DNA of 64,000 bases. Source: a virus (taxonomy: Duplodnaviria > Caudoviricetes). The notes below the pieces were generated by a model. It was not told the origin of the DNA, ran no database searches, and worked only from the letters and a program-made list of their open reading frames with translations. Location: IMG/VR virus record IMGVR_UViG_2894640787_000005, positions 1,023 through 65,022 of that record; one strand, 5' to 3'. This document shows, piece after piece, positions 20,687-30,817 of the stretch. Each line of letters starts with the position of its first letter. The stretch's first letter is position 1. The position numbers and the translations under genes are program-made.

Positions 20687-21324
20687 AGGACAGTGAGGTT
20701 AGTTTTTGAATGTTCCGTGAATCGCTCCAGTTCGCCCGCGATGATTAAGTAATACAAGACCCCACTAGAGCCGCCATAATTGTGGGTGTAGGTCTGATTG
20801 GTACCTTGGGCAATGGTAACACTGCCATCCCCCCAGTGAAGTTTGACGGGCGTAACGGCGGTGATGGTAATTGTTGCAGTTGTTGCGCCTGCACCAACAA
20901 GAGTGTATTTAATGGGCTGTGGCTCGGTTAATTCCAGAGTGAACTGACCGAACATCTTTTTGCCCTGCCGCCATTTCTTTTTGATCGATATGCCTGACCG
21001 CATATAGATCTCATAGACCATGGGCTTAGCCGAAAGGACACTGATGCTCAGTCGCTGGGTTTCTGATTTGAGAAACTGCGCTTCCATGGCGTTAACTTTT
21101 GACACAAAATCAACCTCATCCGTAGCGACTAGACAACAGTCCAGTTTGATTTGGCGGGGTTTATAGCGCGGTCGCGTCAAGTCGACTACTTCGCCATGGG
21201 CGTCGGGCCACTCCACTGTAAAGGGGTCTTTTAGCTCCAGTCCATCCAATATCCCATCCGAACCTGATACAATCACGCCGAATTGAGAAAACAGAACCCC
21301 ATTTATGGAATAGATTACGCTCAT
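20668..21324 (-). CDS. Distal tail (Dit-like) protein
   Basis: Directly downstream of the tape measure gene; WPDAHGEVVDLTRPRYKPRQIKL motif. Confidence 0.7.
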   Translation of the reverse strand: MSVIYSINGVLFSQFGVIVSGSDGILDGLELKDPFTVEWPDAHGEVVDLTRPRYKPRQIKLDCCLVATDEVDFVSKVNAMEAQFLKSETQRLSISVLSAKPMVYEIYMRSGISIKKKWRQGKKMFGQFTLELTEPQPIKYTLVGAGATTATITITAVTPVKLHWGDGSVTIAQGTNQTYTHNYGGSSGVLYYLIIAGELERFTEHSKTNLTVLWPRLY

Positions 21325-21340
21325 TACCTTACGCAGTTAT

Positions 21341-21362
21341 CTGCTTGTATTATAAGCAGTTT
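21341..21362. promoter_or_regulatory. Palindromic box CTGCTT-N7-AAGCAG upstream of Dit-like gene
   Basis: ctgctt gtattat aagcagttt; same motif at 25662, 37925, 39816, 42289, 53666. Confidence 0.6.
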
Positions 21363-21397
21363 AAAAGCCCATCAAGTGGCTACTTGAAACCCATTAA

Positions 21398-24300
21398 TTA
21401 TAAAATTCCTTTGGCGCGAAGGCCATCATTCAAGCCTGAGATCGTTCCATCGATCTTTTCAAGCAGGTCATTGGTCTTTTCAATTCGCGCTGTGTTACGG
21501 TCTATATTGCCAAGTACTAGCAGCTGCTGATTGATTAGTTGATTCGTATTAGCCTGCTGTATTCGCATCGCATTCGCCTGACCAACCAAAAGGCTGGCCG
21601 TATCCTCCTGTATGCTTTTTACCGCATTAGTGGCCGCAGTTGCTGAAGATGCGCCCGACCCACTTGGCTTAAAAATATCCAATCCATACTGCTTAGCGGC
21701 ATCCTGCGCATCGGCAAGCCCCTGATTAAAGAGTTTCGTGAGATCATCCGCCTTGCCAAAGAACCGGCCGAAATCATCCACCCAGTTATTATCTCCGTTT
21801 GGCCCAACCGATTCCTCCAGTTCTTTCTGCAACTGATCGAATTGCTTCGAAAAGACCTGATTGAAAATGAGTTGAGATAAGAGATTATCCAGGATCTTGG
21901 AAACCGAATCACCAAAGGCTTGAGCCGAATTAGTGCCATCCTCAAAAGCACTAACGAGCGAGTTACGAAGGTCATCGCCGAGCGAACCGGCCAAAGTACT
22001 GATGACTTCGTGGATAGCTTGTTTTGCTTCGTCTATTTGCTTTTGCCAGTCGAGGGTGGTTTGGAGTAATTGTTTAGTAGCCTCATCGACGGAATTGGTT
22101 GAGATTAGGCTCTCGGCCAAGGCGCTATTCAGCTCGTCTACTCCGTTTGTGCCTTTTTTAATTAAGTCAGGATATACACGAAGTAAGTCCGCAAACTCCT
22201 CTTCCTTTTTACTGGCCGAACCAAAAATACCCGCCACGAAACCCGCGACCGCACCAACAACGGTTCCTACACCGGGAAGTATAGCCGTACCAATAGCCGC
22301 GCCTGTTAAGGTGGATTTAGCAGCAGCGTTCCGATCCAGTGAATCGATGAGCCCTACCTTAGCCCGACCTTCTGCCAGCTTTTTCAGGGATGCCTGGTAT
22401 TTCTCTTCAGCGTCAGTGAGTTTTTTATAGTTATCCTGAATCTCACCTACATAATCTGTTGTGAATACATTTTCCCGATTTTTGGCCTGTAAACCAAGTT
22501 GTTCATTCAGCAGGATATTATACTGCTCTTGTTGAGCAATAACAGATTGATAGTACTCTGTTTCAGCCTGCTTCCTTTGCTGATTGGCGGTAGCAATGCC
22601 ATCAATTAAGCCGATAAGTCCCTGAACGCCAACAGCAATTCGCTCGGTAGCAGTAGCCCCTTTTTTGGATGCCTGAGCAATTAAATCGACACTTGAGGCA
22701 AGAACGACTAACATACTTCCAGCCGCCCCCGCTTCGCCACCTAATTGGGAAAGGGTCTGCCCTAATTGACTGATGGCTGATGTATATTGACTAACAATAT
22801 TGGCGGTACCTGCACTGAACGTTTTTTGAAGTTCATTTAGTTTTTTCTGGGCAGTCTTGTACTGTTCACTATTTGCTCCAAATTCACCAAGGGCACTCGC
22901 TACAAGATTCTTTTGTTTTTCAATTTCAACCCGTTGCTGTTTTCGCCCTTCCTCAACAATAACCTTGGTCGTGTTTCGATAAGCTTCCGATTCTTCAAAT
23001 TTGCGTTGCTTAAACTCCTCAAATTCCCGTTGCTCTTTCGTATTGATGTCGGCAAGGGCTACTTCATATGCTTCAGTTCGCTGACCATTATACTCCTTAT
23101 CAAGCCCTAGTCGCAGGTCGTTATATTTCCTCCTAATGGCTAACTCCTGTTCACCGGAACTAGCTGACGATTGCAAAAATTGATTAACCTGATCTTTGAG
23201 TTGCTGCTCAGTTTGTACTTTCTCTTCAGCGGCTCGCTTGTTGATGGCAAAGTCCTCCCCTGTTGTCGGAGTTTTGCCACTTAATTTATCCTGTATTTCA
23301 TTGAGCTTTACCAGGTAGTCGGCTAAACTCTTGGACTCAACCTGTGCCTTTTGGAGACTCTCATTGAATACATCAATAGGTGATTTCTTTTGCTTTATTG
23401 TGTCTCGTTGCTCTAGTAACGAAGCCAGATTGGTCGTTTGGCTTGAAGTCAATCCAGCGTTATCACGCTCGTTTTCCAGATTCGCAATTTGGGTATTTAA
23501 AAAGTCGAGGTAGGATTGGCCAGATGCTTTAAGGTCAGCAAATTGACTGTCAGCGGCTTGTTGCCCATAGGCTTCAATCCATTTTGTGTATAGTTCATAC
23601 TTGGCTTTTTTGTCTGCTATTTCCTCGTCGAAACTTTTAATAGCCAACTTCTTACGTATCTCCTCGACTTGCGCATCAGCGGCAAGTTTCTTGGCATTAA
23701 GTTGGTTAAGTGTAGTAGTATCGGTTTTGGGAGTTTTTGAAATTAATTCCTCGAAGTGCTTACTTACGGCTTCGTAGTAAGACAGGGAACCAAAGGGGCC
23801 GGTTTTGTCAGCTTCCTTTTGGGCCTTCTTTTCTTCTGGGGTTAATTCTCCGGTTAATCGACGCCGTTGAGCTTCAAGGGCGTCGATTTGGCGTTGGATT
23901 TGAGAGTTTTTGGCGTCAGTATTATCCAGACTCAACTGTTCCCTTTGGGCAGATATAGCCTCATCTAACTGCTTTAGGGTTACTGCCCGAACCTTTTGCT
24001 TTGTGGTTTCGGCCTTGACGGTGGAATTGGCGGTTTCATCATTGGCCTTCTGTTCTAACTTTAATTGTTCACGATAATCCTGCTCTTGTTTAATTTTATC
24101 AGCATTCAGTTTTTTATTCTGTTCGGCTATTGCCTTAGATGAATCAAAAGAACCGTCACTTCCTGCCTGAGCAAGAAGAAGTGATGCTTTGTCAAAAAAA
24201 CTGATTTCATTTTTACCGGCCTTGGCTTCGGATTCACGTCGAAAAGACTCTGTAAATTTTCGATCAAGTTCCTGTTGCTCATATTTTCGCTTAAGTGCCT

Positions 24301-25642
24301 CCACATAATCATTAATAGATTTAGTGCCAGCCTGCGTTTTAACACTATCTAGCGTTAATGCACTGAGATGCTCAGGCGAAAGGGCAATAAGGTCTTTTAG
24401 GGCTTTATTTCGAGCATCACGACTTAGCTTTTCGTTTGTGATTGTAGTTTTGAGTTGTTCAATTTTAGCCCTTTCTGCATCGGCTTGAGAGTTGGCATTT
24501 TCCCTCGATTCTTGCAAGTCTAGCTCTGCCTGTTGAGTAGCAGTCAGTTCTTTTTTATAAACAATAAGAGCTGTTGTAACGGCTATAATGGCAGTAGCCG
24601 CAATTACCCAAGGACTAGCCGAAGTTGCCAGGTTAAAGGCAATTTGAGCGTCTTTTGCACTTCGTATGGTCGTTGCCAAACTAAGCCACGCCTGAACGTT
24701 TCCCGCTACATTTGCAGCCGCCTGAACAACACTGGTCAAGACAATGGCACTTTTATACGCGCCGTAAGTGGCGATTAATACTTTTAATGGATTTAGAATT
24801 TGCTCATAACTTTCAACTAAGCCCGTTGCGCCTGTAATGGCACTCGCTAAAAGGTCTTCATTATCCTTGCCGATTTGATTTAACATCGTATCCCATGCCG
24901 CGGCAAGATTTGAGGTTAGCCCTGTTAAGGATTTGGCTTGTTCAGCCATCATACCGCCGAAATTCAACTTACCCGTACCATCTACTAGGCTTGTGATCGC
25001 CTGCTCAACTAAATTGAAACCTATCTTGCCATCAGCAACGAACTGGCGAACATCCTTGTCATTAATTTTTAGTAATCTGGAAAATTCGGGCGTCAAATTT
25101 ATCCCCCTCTCTATCAGCTTGTTTAGATCATCCTGTTGCGCCGTTCCCTGCGTTTTTATCTGGCTATAAGCAGCTACTAACTCCACCAAATTCGACCCCG
25201 TTCCGGCGGCAATATCCCCTAGTTTGGTCAGTGTTGGAATAATGCTTTGCACGCTAAACCCATAGGCCAGCATGAGTTTTTGGGCCTTGGCTACCTCATC
25301 TAACCCGTATGGTGTCTTGTTGGCAAACTCAATACCTTGCTTTAAAAAGGCATCTGCTTTGGCACGTGAGCCTAATAATACGGCGAACGAAATTTCTAAT
25401 TGCTGAACTTCTGACCTTACCTTAAATAGTTGCTGAGGTAATTCCGAAAGGCCAGCAAACGCAAAAGCACCAGCGGCAAGACGACCTAAATTTTGAAAGG
25501 AGTCGTCAATTTTTTTCGTCTCCCGAACTGAAGTGGTGGAAAACCCCCTTATCCTTCGCTCCATTTCGTCCAACTGCGCATGGAAGTTGGCGGTGTTTAT
25601 GAGGGCGTCGAAGGACAGGGCACCACTAGCTGATGAATTCAC
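21398..25642 (-). CDS. Tape measure protein
   Basis: 1414 aa, helical/coiled coil; N-terminal tape-measure domain (AIEFANKTPYGL...LGDIAAG...QIKTQG), upstream of Dit/Tal. Confidence 0.93.
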   Translation of the reverse strand: MNSSASGALSFDALINTANFHAQLDEMERRIRGFSTTSVRETKKIDDSFQNLGRLAAGAFAFAGLSELPQQLFKVRSEVQQLEISFAVLLGSRAKADAFLKQGIEFANKTPYGLDEVAKAQKLMLAYGFSVQSIIPTLTKLGDIAAGTGSNLVELVAAYSQIKTQGTAQQDDLNKLIERGINLTPEFSRLLKINDKDVRQFVADGKIGFNLVEQAITSLVDGTGKLNFGGMMAEQAKSLTGLTSNLAAAWDTMLNQIGKDNEDLLASAITGATGLVESYEQILNPLKVLIATYGAYKSAIVLTSVVQAAANVAGNVQAWLSLATTIRSAKDAQIAFNLATSASPWVIAATAIIAVTTALIVYKKELTATQQAELDLQESRENANSQADAERAKIEQLKTTITNEKLSRDARNKALKDLIALSPEHLSALTLDSVKTQAGTKSINDYVEALKRKYEQQELDRKFTESFRRESEAKAGKNEISFFDKASLLLAQAGSDGSFDSSKAIAEQNKKLNADKIKQEQDYREQLKLEQKANDETANSTVKAETTKQKVRAVTLKQLDEAISAQREQLSLDNTDAKNSQIQRQIDALEAQRRRLTGELTPEEKKAQKEADKTGPFGSLSYYEAVSKHFEELISKTPKTDTTTLNQLNAKKLAADAQVEEIRKKLAIKSFDEEIADKKAKYELYTKWIEAYGQQAADSQFADLKASGQSYLDFLNTQIANLENERDNAGLTSSQTTNLASLLEQRDTIKQKKSPIDVFNESLQKAQVESKSLADYLVKLNEIQDKLSGKTPTTGEDFAINKRAAEEKVQTEQQLKDQVNQFLQSSASSGEQELAIRRKYNDLRLGLDKEYNGQRTEAYEVALADINTKEQREFEEFKQRKFEESEAYRNTTKVIVEEGRKQQRVEIEKQKNLVASALGEFGANSEQYKTAQKKLNELQKTFSAGTANIVSQYTSAISQLGQTLSQLGGEAGAAGSMLVVLASSVDLIAQASKKGATATERIAVGVQGLIGLIDGIATANQQRKQAETEYYQSVIAQQEQYNILLNEQLGLQAKNRENVFTTDYVGEIQDNYKKLTDAEEKYQASLKKLAEGRAKVGLIDSLDRNAAAKSTLTGAAIGTAILPGVGTVVGAVAGFVAGIFGSASKKEEEFADLLRVYPDLIKKGTNGVDELNSALAESLISTNSVDEATKQLLQTTLDWQKQIDEAKQAIHEVISTLAGSLGDDLRNSLVSAFEDGTNSAQAFGDSVSKILDNLLSQLIFNQVFSKQFDQLQKELEESVGPNGDNNWVDDFGRFFGKADDLTKLFNQGLADAQDAAKQYGLDIFKPSGSGASSATAATNAVKSIQEDTASLLVGQANAMRIQQANTNQLINQQLLVLGNIDRNTARIEKTNDLLEKIDGTISGLNDGLRAKGIL

Positions 25643-25647
25643 GACAA

Positions 25648-25720
25648 AAGCAGTTTATAAACTGCTTGCAATATAAGCACTTCATAACTAAAAGTAATAA
25701 TGAATTACTTTTAGTTATGA
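25648..25720. repeat. Composite palindromic site upstream of tape measure gene (copy 1 of the 41-bp repeat)
   Basis: 20-bp palindrome 25648-25667; 17-bp inverted repeat 25682-25698/25704-25720; 41-bp unit 25658-25698 recurs at 37921 and 42285. Confidence 0.85.
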
Positions 25721-25780
25721 CACATTGTTGAAGCTATTTGTTGACTACCTTAATAAGGTAGAATCGGGGATTTAGGGTGA

Positions 25781-26374
25781 TTACAGATGTGCCAATAAAG
25801 CAAATTGGGTTGGCCGAAACATCACTACATCATAAACAAGTGGGCCTAAATTCGGGTCAGTCTGAACCTTTTCTCGTTTAACCTCAGCCTCGACCCCTCC
25901 CTTTATCCATATATCTGAAACACTCCTCTTAGACAAATACCTTTGTCCATAGTTCTTTGTGAGGTATTTTTTTAAAACCAATGAGCCAATTGGGGTTGCA
26001 CTTGTAGTCCCATGTGCAAGTAACTTCAAGGCGACTAATTCATCTTTATCAAACATGGGTATAAATAATGCATCTATGCTATCTGGTAAAGAATCCGCCT
26101 TTATTTCATACGAATAATCGGTCTTGCTGTACTTAAATAACGTTTTATTTTGCACTAACCTGGCATAATTATAATTATACTGCTGCTTGCTCATCCCAAA
26201 CTTAAAGCCCAGGATGATATTACTATCCACCTTAGCCTTCAGGTTTTCCCGCCTAACGCTATCTATCTGATCGCCAGAGAAGGCAAAGGTTTTATTTGTA
26301 CTGGACTCTGCCCCCTTTTGGCAACCAAAGAACAACGGGAGTATAAACAGCAACAGTATGAGAAGGCGTACCAT
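25781..26374 (-). CDS. Putative lipoprotein (moron)
   Basis: Likely start MVRLLILLLFILPLFFGC with lipobox-like Cys; the longer ORF call starts upstream in non-coding-looking sequence. Confidence 0.7.
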   Translation of the reverse strand: MVRLLILLLFILPLFFGCQKGAESSTNKTFAFSGDQIDSVRRENLKAKVDSNIILGFKFGMSKQQYNYNYARLVQNKTLFKYSKTDYSYEIKADSLPDSIDALFIPMFDKDELVALKLLAHGTTSATPIGSLVLKKYLTKNYGQRYLSKRSVSDIWIKGGVEAEVKREKVQTDPNLGPLVYDVVMFRPTQFALLAHL

Positions 26375-26471
26375 TTTAGACCAAAGGAAGGTTTTAGGTA
26401 GCCAATATAGAGGAAGGATTGTAGTTACACAAAAAGGGGTAATTACATGTAGATACATTCATTAGCCAAGC

Positions 26472-26505
26472 AAAAAAGGTCAATCTGCCCAGATTGACCT
26501 TTTTT
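26472..26505. terminator. Terminator hairpin
   Basis: aaaaaaggtcaatctg-cc-cagattgacctttttt, 16-bp perfect arms. Confidence 0.8.
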
Positions 26506-26507
26506 TA

Positions 26508-27065
26508 TTATTTACCTGAAAAAATCTCAGAGAACTCCTCTTCAATCTCTATCATATAAGGGTTGCTTTCGTGGTATAAAACGGCACCATAGGCCCGCAA
26601 GCCCGGATTTTCATACTTTTTACGGAGTACTCCAACAGTGCTAAGGTACTTACGGTACCACCTGCCAAAAGTTACGCTCCTGTGGCGCTCAAGTTCATTG
26701 GTTAAATCGCAGCTATAAGCTATAACAAGTAGCGGATTAGCTTGAAAGAGTTTTTTTAGCTCGTCCATTATTGTTAGCTCAAGCCTAGGATCACCTTTGA
26801 GACTAAAGGCTGTTGGTCGGCTATAACCCCTGAGCGGAAGAACTGAAAGGGTTACACAGTTTTCGCCAAAAGGTTGTTCAGGGAAGACCTTAGCATTAGA
26901 CTGAACAAAGAGTTGATAAGTGATACCTTGGTCAGTATCAAATAGGAAACCATCTTTATTTACGCGTACCGGGTAAGGAGTATGGGTTGATAAACTCCGT
27001 TCCTTCGGGCTTCTTGGATTCATCGCCAGACATGATATATTCCACGAGCTTCTTTTTGTCCTCAA
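26508..27065 (-). CDS. DUF6169-like protein (true start probably downstream of 27065)
   Basis: GFLFDTDQGITYQLF...DPRLELTI...IAYSCD...RSVTFGRWY pattern recalled from Cytophagales DUF6169 proteins. Confidence 0.6.
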   Translation of the reverse strand: MRTKRSSWNISCLAMNPRSPKERSLSTHTPYPVRVNKDGFLFDTDQGITYQLFVQSNAKVFPEQPFGENCVTLSVLPLRGYSRPTAFSLKGDPRLELTIMDELKKLFQANPLLVIAYSCDLTNELERHRSVTFGRWYRKYLSTVGVLRKKYENPGLRAYGAVLYHESNPYMIEIEEEFSEIFSGK

Positions 27066-27111
27066 TCATTTTCTTTAGAAAATTTTTGGGACGCTCTGCG
27101 ACCTTGTTCAT
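26956..27111 (-). CDS. Small 51-aa protein overlapping the DUF6169-like gene (not in ORF track)
   Basis: Hand translation: MNKVAERPKNFLKKMIEDKKKLVEYIMSGDESKKPEGTEFINPYSLPGTRK*. Confidence 0.65.
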   Translation of the reverse strand: MNKVAERPKNFLKKMIEDKKKLVEYIMSGDESKKPEGTEFINPYSLPGTRK

Positions 27112-27551
27112 AGCTCAGCCTCTTTGAGTTATGGTGAAGGCATTAAAGCATCGCAGAAAATGGGTAGATTACTACCTATTCGTTAGGTAGCCTACTACAC
27201 CCGTTTCTCTACCGACAGCCCCTTTGCCGAATTAGATTTCGTGATGTTGGTGCATCAACACATATACATAGTGATGATGCAGATACAAGTACTAAAAAAC
27301 AAAGTAGTACTACAGATAAAACAGATATAACACTTCAATAAACAAACGTACAGAAATGGAACAAAGTTTACAAATGCAGAATATACTAGTGAAGGTAGAA
27401 TAGGAGAAGTTGGTATACCTCGCGATTTTAGTGGAAAAGGAAATAAAAGTATTATAGAATGAAAAAGAGGAGATACAGAACGAAAAGATGGTTTTGCAAT
27501 TGAAACAAAAAATGATTAAGGCGTGCAGTTACCCAAGCGCAGCTAAAACAT

Positions 27552-27581
27552 GTAGCTACATCAAATATTGCCGCTTGGTAA
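27552..27581 (+). repeat. Left copy of 30-bp inverted repeat
   Basis: 29/30 identical to the reverse complement of 32066-32095. Confidence 0.9.
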
Positions 27582-27583
27582 GG

Positions 27584-27623
27584 AAACAGCCCGACGGCGC
27601 ATAGAGTGCTGTCGGGCTGTTTT
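27584..27623. terminator. Terminator of the antirepressor/endonuclease operon
   Basis: aaacagcccgac...gtcgggctgtttt inverted repeat. Confidence 0.75.
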
Positions 27624-27625
27624 GG

Positions 27626-29017
27626 TTAGTCTACATATTGCCATTTGAAACCGCCGTGAGAGGTTTTGGGGCGGTAAGCACTAATGGCTGAATCATAAAC
27701 CTTGCCTCTGCATGCGCACTGTATACCGCTAATACTATGCCCTAACTCTTCTTTAATATCTCCCACATGTTCCCATGTTCGCAAAGTTTGACCGCTTTCT
27801 AAATCAATCTGAGCAATCTTTTTGCGGCACTTCTCAATAGCTCCCCTTTTTAATAAAGCTTGCCTTTCGGGGGTCATTGGCCTGCCAACCTTAGCGCGAT
27901 GCTCAGGGGAGAGTGATTTACCTTTGTGCTTTTCACTTATAAGTTTTTTAGTATACTCTGAAAGTTTTCGACCGTAACAGGGGTTATCCTTGCCATATTT
28001 CCTTGGTCGCCTTTTCATAATCTCTGCAACATCCGGCCTTTTTATACCCCTGACAGTTCCGGCAACCTTTGCAATGTTATAGCCAATGCCAGGTTCATAG
28101 CATTGATATAAATCCATCCAATACTGCTCTCTTTGGTCAATTGCCGAAAGATCGTCAACTCTTTCTAAAACCTCAAAGGCGAAGTTTCCGATGCCGTATT
28201 TTTTGAGAGCCTTAGTGAATAATCCAGTTGCAATCATCTCCCTGTGACTGTAATATCGCTTGTAAATATCCTGGGATTGACCAACATATATTTTGCCATT
28301 GATCTTGTTGGTGAACTTATAAATGCCCGAAAATTTGCATTCGGGTAACTCTTGAGGGTCGTAGTTGGGATTGAACAATTGACCTTCGGGTACTTCCTTT
28401 TTCGGCCAGAGCTGCCGAATCTGAACACCATTCTTTTTGATTGCATTTCGAACAGTATTGGCTGAAATACCCAATCGTTTGGCAATTTGCTCTGAGGATT
28501 CCCCGTTTTCATAGTCAATGGCAACTTGTAATTGCTGGTCATCTTTCAGCCTATAAACACTGCGCCTTTCAATGCCCGACTCTCGGATAATTTTAGAAAT
28601 AATTACATTACTGAACCCAATCTCTCTGCCAATCTCATAGCTGTTTTTGCCTGCCTTATAAGCTTCCAGTATGTAGTTCTTTTGCTCGCTTGTAAGGTGT
28701 TTCCGTTTAATGTTATAACCTGCTTGATTCATAACATTTGCGACAGTTTCTTGAGCCACATCAAATTCCTTACTAATCTCAAGGCTAGATTTTCCACTTA
28801 AATAGGTGGCGACTATCTGTTGCTTGACTTCTGAGGTAAGGATAGCCTTTTTCTTGCCATACCTTTTCCTAGTAACGCCTGCTTCATTAGTAATCCTATT
28901 AACAGTGTTGCTATCTATTTTAAATAAAGCGGCAACTGATTTAATTGTCCCTCCACTTAGGTAAGCCTGAATAATCGACTCGCTCGATACGTTGGCTTTA
29001 GTGTATTGATTTGCCAT
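27626..29017 (-). CDS. GIY-YIG endonuclease with four N-terminal HTH repeats, NUMOD3 and NUMOD1-like domains
   Basis: SGIYKFTNKINGKIYVGQS...R...E motif; YGRKLSEYTKKLISEKHKG (NUMOD3); KKIAQIDL...ISGIQCACRG (NUMOD1-like). Confidence 0.88.
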   Translation of the reverse strand: MANQYTKANVSSESIIQAYLSGGTIKSVAALFKIDSNTVNRITNEAGVTRKRYGKKKAILTSEVKQQIVATYLSGKSSLEISKEFDVAQETVANVMNQAGYNIKRKHLTSEQKNYILEAYKAGKNSYEIGREIGFSNVIISKIIRESGIERRSVYRLKDDQQLQVAIDYENGESSEQIAKRLGISANTVRNAIKKNGVQIRQLWPKKEVPEGQLFNPNYDPQELPECKFSGIYKFTNKINGKIYVGQSQDIYKRYYSHREMIATGLFTKALKKYGIGNFAFEVLERVDDLSAIDQREQYWMDLYQCYEPGIGYNIAKVAGTVRGIKRPDVAEIMKRRPRKYGKDNPCYGRKLSEYTKKLISEKHKGKSLSPEHRAKVGRPMTPERQALLKRGAIEKCRKKIAQIDLESGQTLRTWEHVGDIKEELGHSISGIQCACRGKVYDSAISAYRPKTSHGGFKWQYVD

Positions 29018-29360
29018 TTCTTTTCTTCTTTACTAGTTTACAAAAATTCTTTGGGTAACTCTCCGTCTGCTCATGGCAGGAATGGCATAGGGTTTGGCCG
29101 TTCAATAGATCCCACAACTCAGGACAGTCCATAGCTTCTTCAATTGACCGCACACCTGATTCCTTTACAAGGGTTGATAGCTCCCGTTTGTGATGTGCCT
29201 CAATGATCCTTTTGCGTCCATTCCGTTTCCCACACTGTTGGCACTGGAAGCGGTCACGGATAAACACAGCCCGCTTCCACTGCTCGTACTGAGGGAGCTT
29301 GCGAATAGATTGGATAAGGGCAGTCTTACCACCCTTATCCTTTCGTTCTGAAACTAACAT
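28998..29360 (-). CDS. HNH endonuclease
   Basis: WKRAVFIRDRFQCQQCG...IEAHH...NGQTLCHSCH. Confidence 0.9.
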   Translation of the reverse strand: MLVSERKDKGGKTALIQSIRKLPQYEQWKRAVFIRDRFQCQQCGKRNGRKRIIEAHHKRELSTLVKESGVRSIEEAMDCPELWDLLNGQTLCHSCHEQTESYPKNFCKLVKKKRNGKSIH

Positions 29361-29365
29361 TTTGC

Positions 29366-30115
29366 TTACTCCTCGACGTACTTCAGTTCCGCCATGATTA
29401 AGCCGTACATTTTATCGAGGTAGCCGTACCGCTCAATGGCATCCAACAAGGACTCCCCGTTTAGGCGAATCAATCGGTAGACGTTCACACTCCACACCTC
29501 GTTAAGCCTTTTGTACAGGTAGTTATACGTTTCCCCCTGTTCGGCTCCGTGATACCCGCAGTACTCATTAACCCGATGCTTCACCGCCTGCCGCAAATCC
29601 GAAGCGGGGCGCTTTGGCGAAGGACTGGTAAGTAAAGGGGTTCTTTTAAGGTGTGGAGGGGCCGAGGGTCTGGGTAAACGAACGGTACCCCGTATACTTT
29701 CCACGTCGGCGCGTAGGGAAGCCAGTTGTTGCTGATAGTCGGCCATGAGCTGAGTTTGTTGACTCACTAGCTGGATTAGGAGTTGCTCATTGGTGGGAGC
29801 GCTGACAAGCTGGCGCAACTGCTTTTCTTTTTCAATGAAGTATAGCCGTGCTTCTTTACCCTTCTCCGTTCGCTCCACCATAGCCAGTTCCTTGGCCATA
29901 TCCAGTGTGAGCGCGTAGTCCAACTCACGACCACCGTTTTCTAAATTTTTAGAAAGCGTAACAAAGTCTTGCCCCTCCACAAATCCGTACTTATGCACCC
30001 GATTTTTAAACCAGTCAGCAAACTTGGACTTGACCTCCAAAAAGCCGTACAACTCACGAGCCGACTTCACCTTTGGGCCTTGCTCATCGGTGGTAATTTG
30101 AATTAGCTCGTTCAT
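29366..30115 (-). CDS. AntA/AntB family phage antirepressor (copy 1)
   Basis: SARELYGFLEVKSKFADWFKNR...DYALTLDMAKELAMVERTEKGKEARLYFIEKE. Confidence 0.9.
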   Translation of the reverse strand: MNELIQITTDEQGPKVKSARELYGFLEVKSKFADWFKNRVHKYGFVEGQDFVTLSKNLENGGRELDYALTLDMAKELAMVERTEKGKEARLYFIEKEKQLRQLVSAPTNEQLLIQLVSQQTQLMADYQQQLASLRADVESIRGTVRLPRPSAPPHLKRTPLLTSPSPKRPASDLRQAVKHRVNEYCGYHGAEQGETYNYLYKRLNEVWSVNVYRLIRLNGESLLDAIERYGYLDKMYGLIMAELKYVEE

Positions 30116-30495
30116 TAGGGCTTTTCGGGTAAGGTGAGGATATTAGTTTCTTCAGGCCGAATCTCCTCCTTTTTGATGCAGTCATAAGGAAACCATGACC
30201 AGGAGTTGTGCATGGAGCCGTCAGGCCGGGAGTAATAGGCGTGGAAGTGATGCCAAACGATACCGAGTCGTTCCGCGTTCTTATTGAGATAAGCGCGAAT
30301 ACCGCCCGCTTGTTGTTCAATATCATCCCCCCATACAACATGCGGGGCCGTGATATTAATCTCCCCTTTGGAGCCATCGGCATATAACAGGTCAACATGT
30401 ACGATTTGACTGCCTTCCATCCTCCCAAACGGGTCACTAGTGTACTTTGGAGTTTTGAGGGGAGTAGGTGGTGGGATTAGGGCGTTACTGCGCAT
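30115..30495 (-). CDS. Hypothetical protein
   Basis: 126 aa, coupled to both neighbours. Confidence 0.65.
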   Translation of the reverse strand: MRSNALIPPPTPLKTPKYTSDPFGRMEGSQIVHVDLLYADGSKGEINITAPHVVWGDDIEQQAGGIRAYLNKNAERLGIVWHHFHAYYSRPDGSMHNSWSWFPYDCIKKEEIRPEETNILTLPEKP

Positions 30496-30817
30496 GGCTC
30501 ACCTCCTTTTTGGACTCTTGTACGAATAGATCATGCGTACTTCTCAGTTCGGACAAAAAGCAAATGAGCCGCAACGTGCCGAATAGCTCACGGGGTTGAT
30601 GCTCCTTCTCCAGACTATAGGGGTAGGTTTTGAGCCATAGCTCCAGCATGTCCGATAAAGCCGGAATGATCGATTCGTACTCAAAGTAGGAATCAACTAA
30701 ACCGACCAGTTCGGACTTGATTTCGAGAAGACTTCTCTCGCGCCGACTATCCAGCGAAGAAGGGGATTGGGCCGCATTTTGGGCCATTGGTGGAGGTGGG
30801 GTGAAGGGTTTATTCAT
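30485..30817 (-). CDS. Hypothetical protein (N-terminus shared with 57767..58168)
   Basis: TPPPPMAQNAAQ.P.SLD N-terminus; ends KKEVSHAQ. Confidence 0.7.
   Translation of the reverse strand: MNKPFTPPPPMAQNAAQSPSSLDSRRERSLLEIKSELVGLVDSYFEYESIIPALSDMLELWLKTYPYSLEKEHQPRELFGTLRLICFLSELRSTHDLFVQESKKEVSHAQ

Noticed and set aside
27240-27520. AT-rich fragment reading like a broken foreign gene (TNAEYTSEGRIGEVGIPRDFSGKG...)
   Set aside because: Interrupted by stops and frameshifts, and I cannot assign a family; left unannotated
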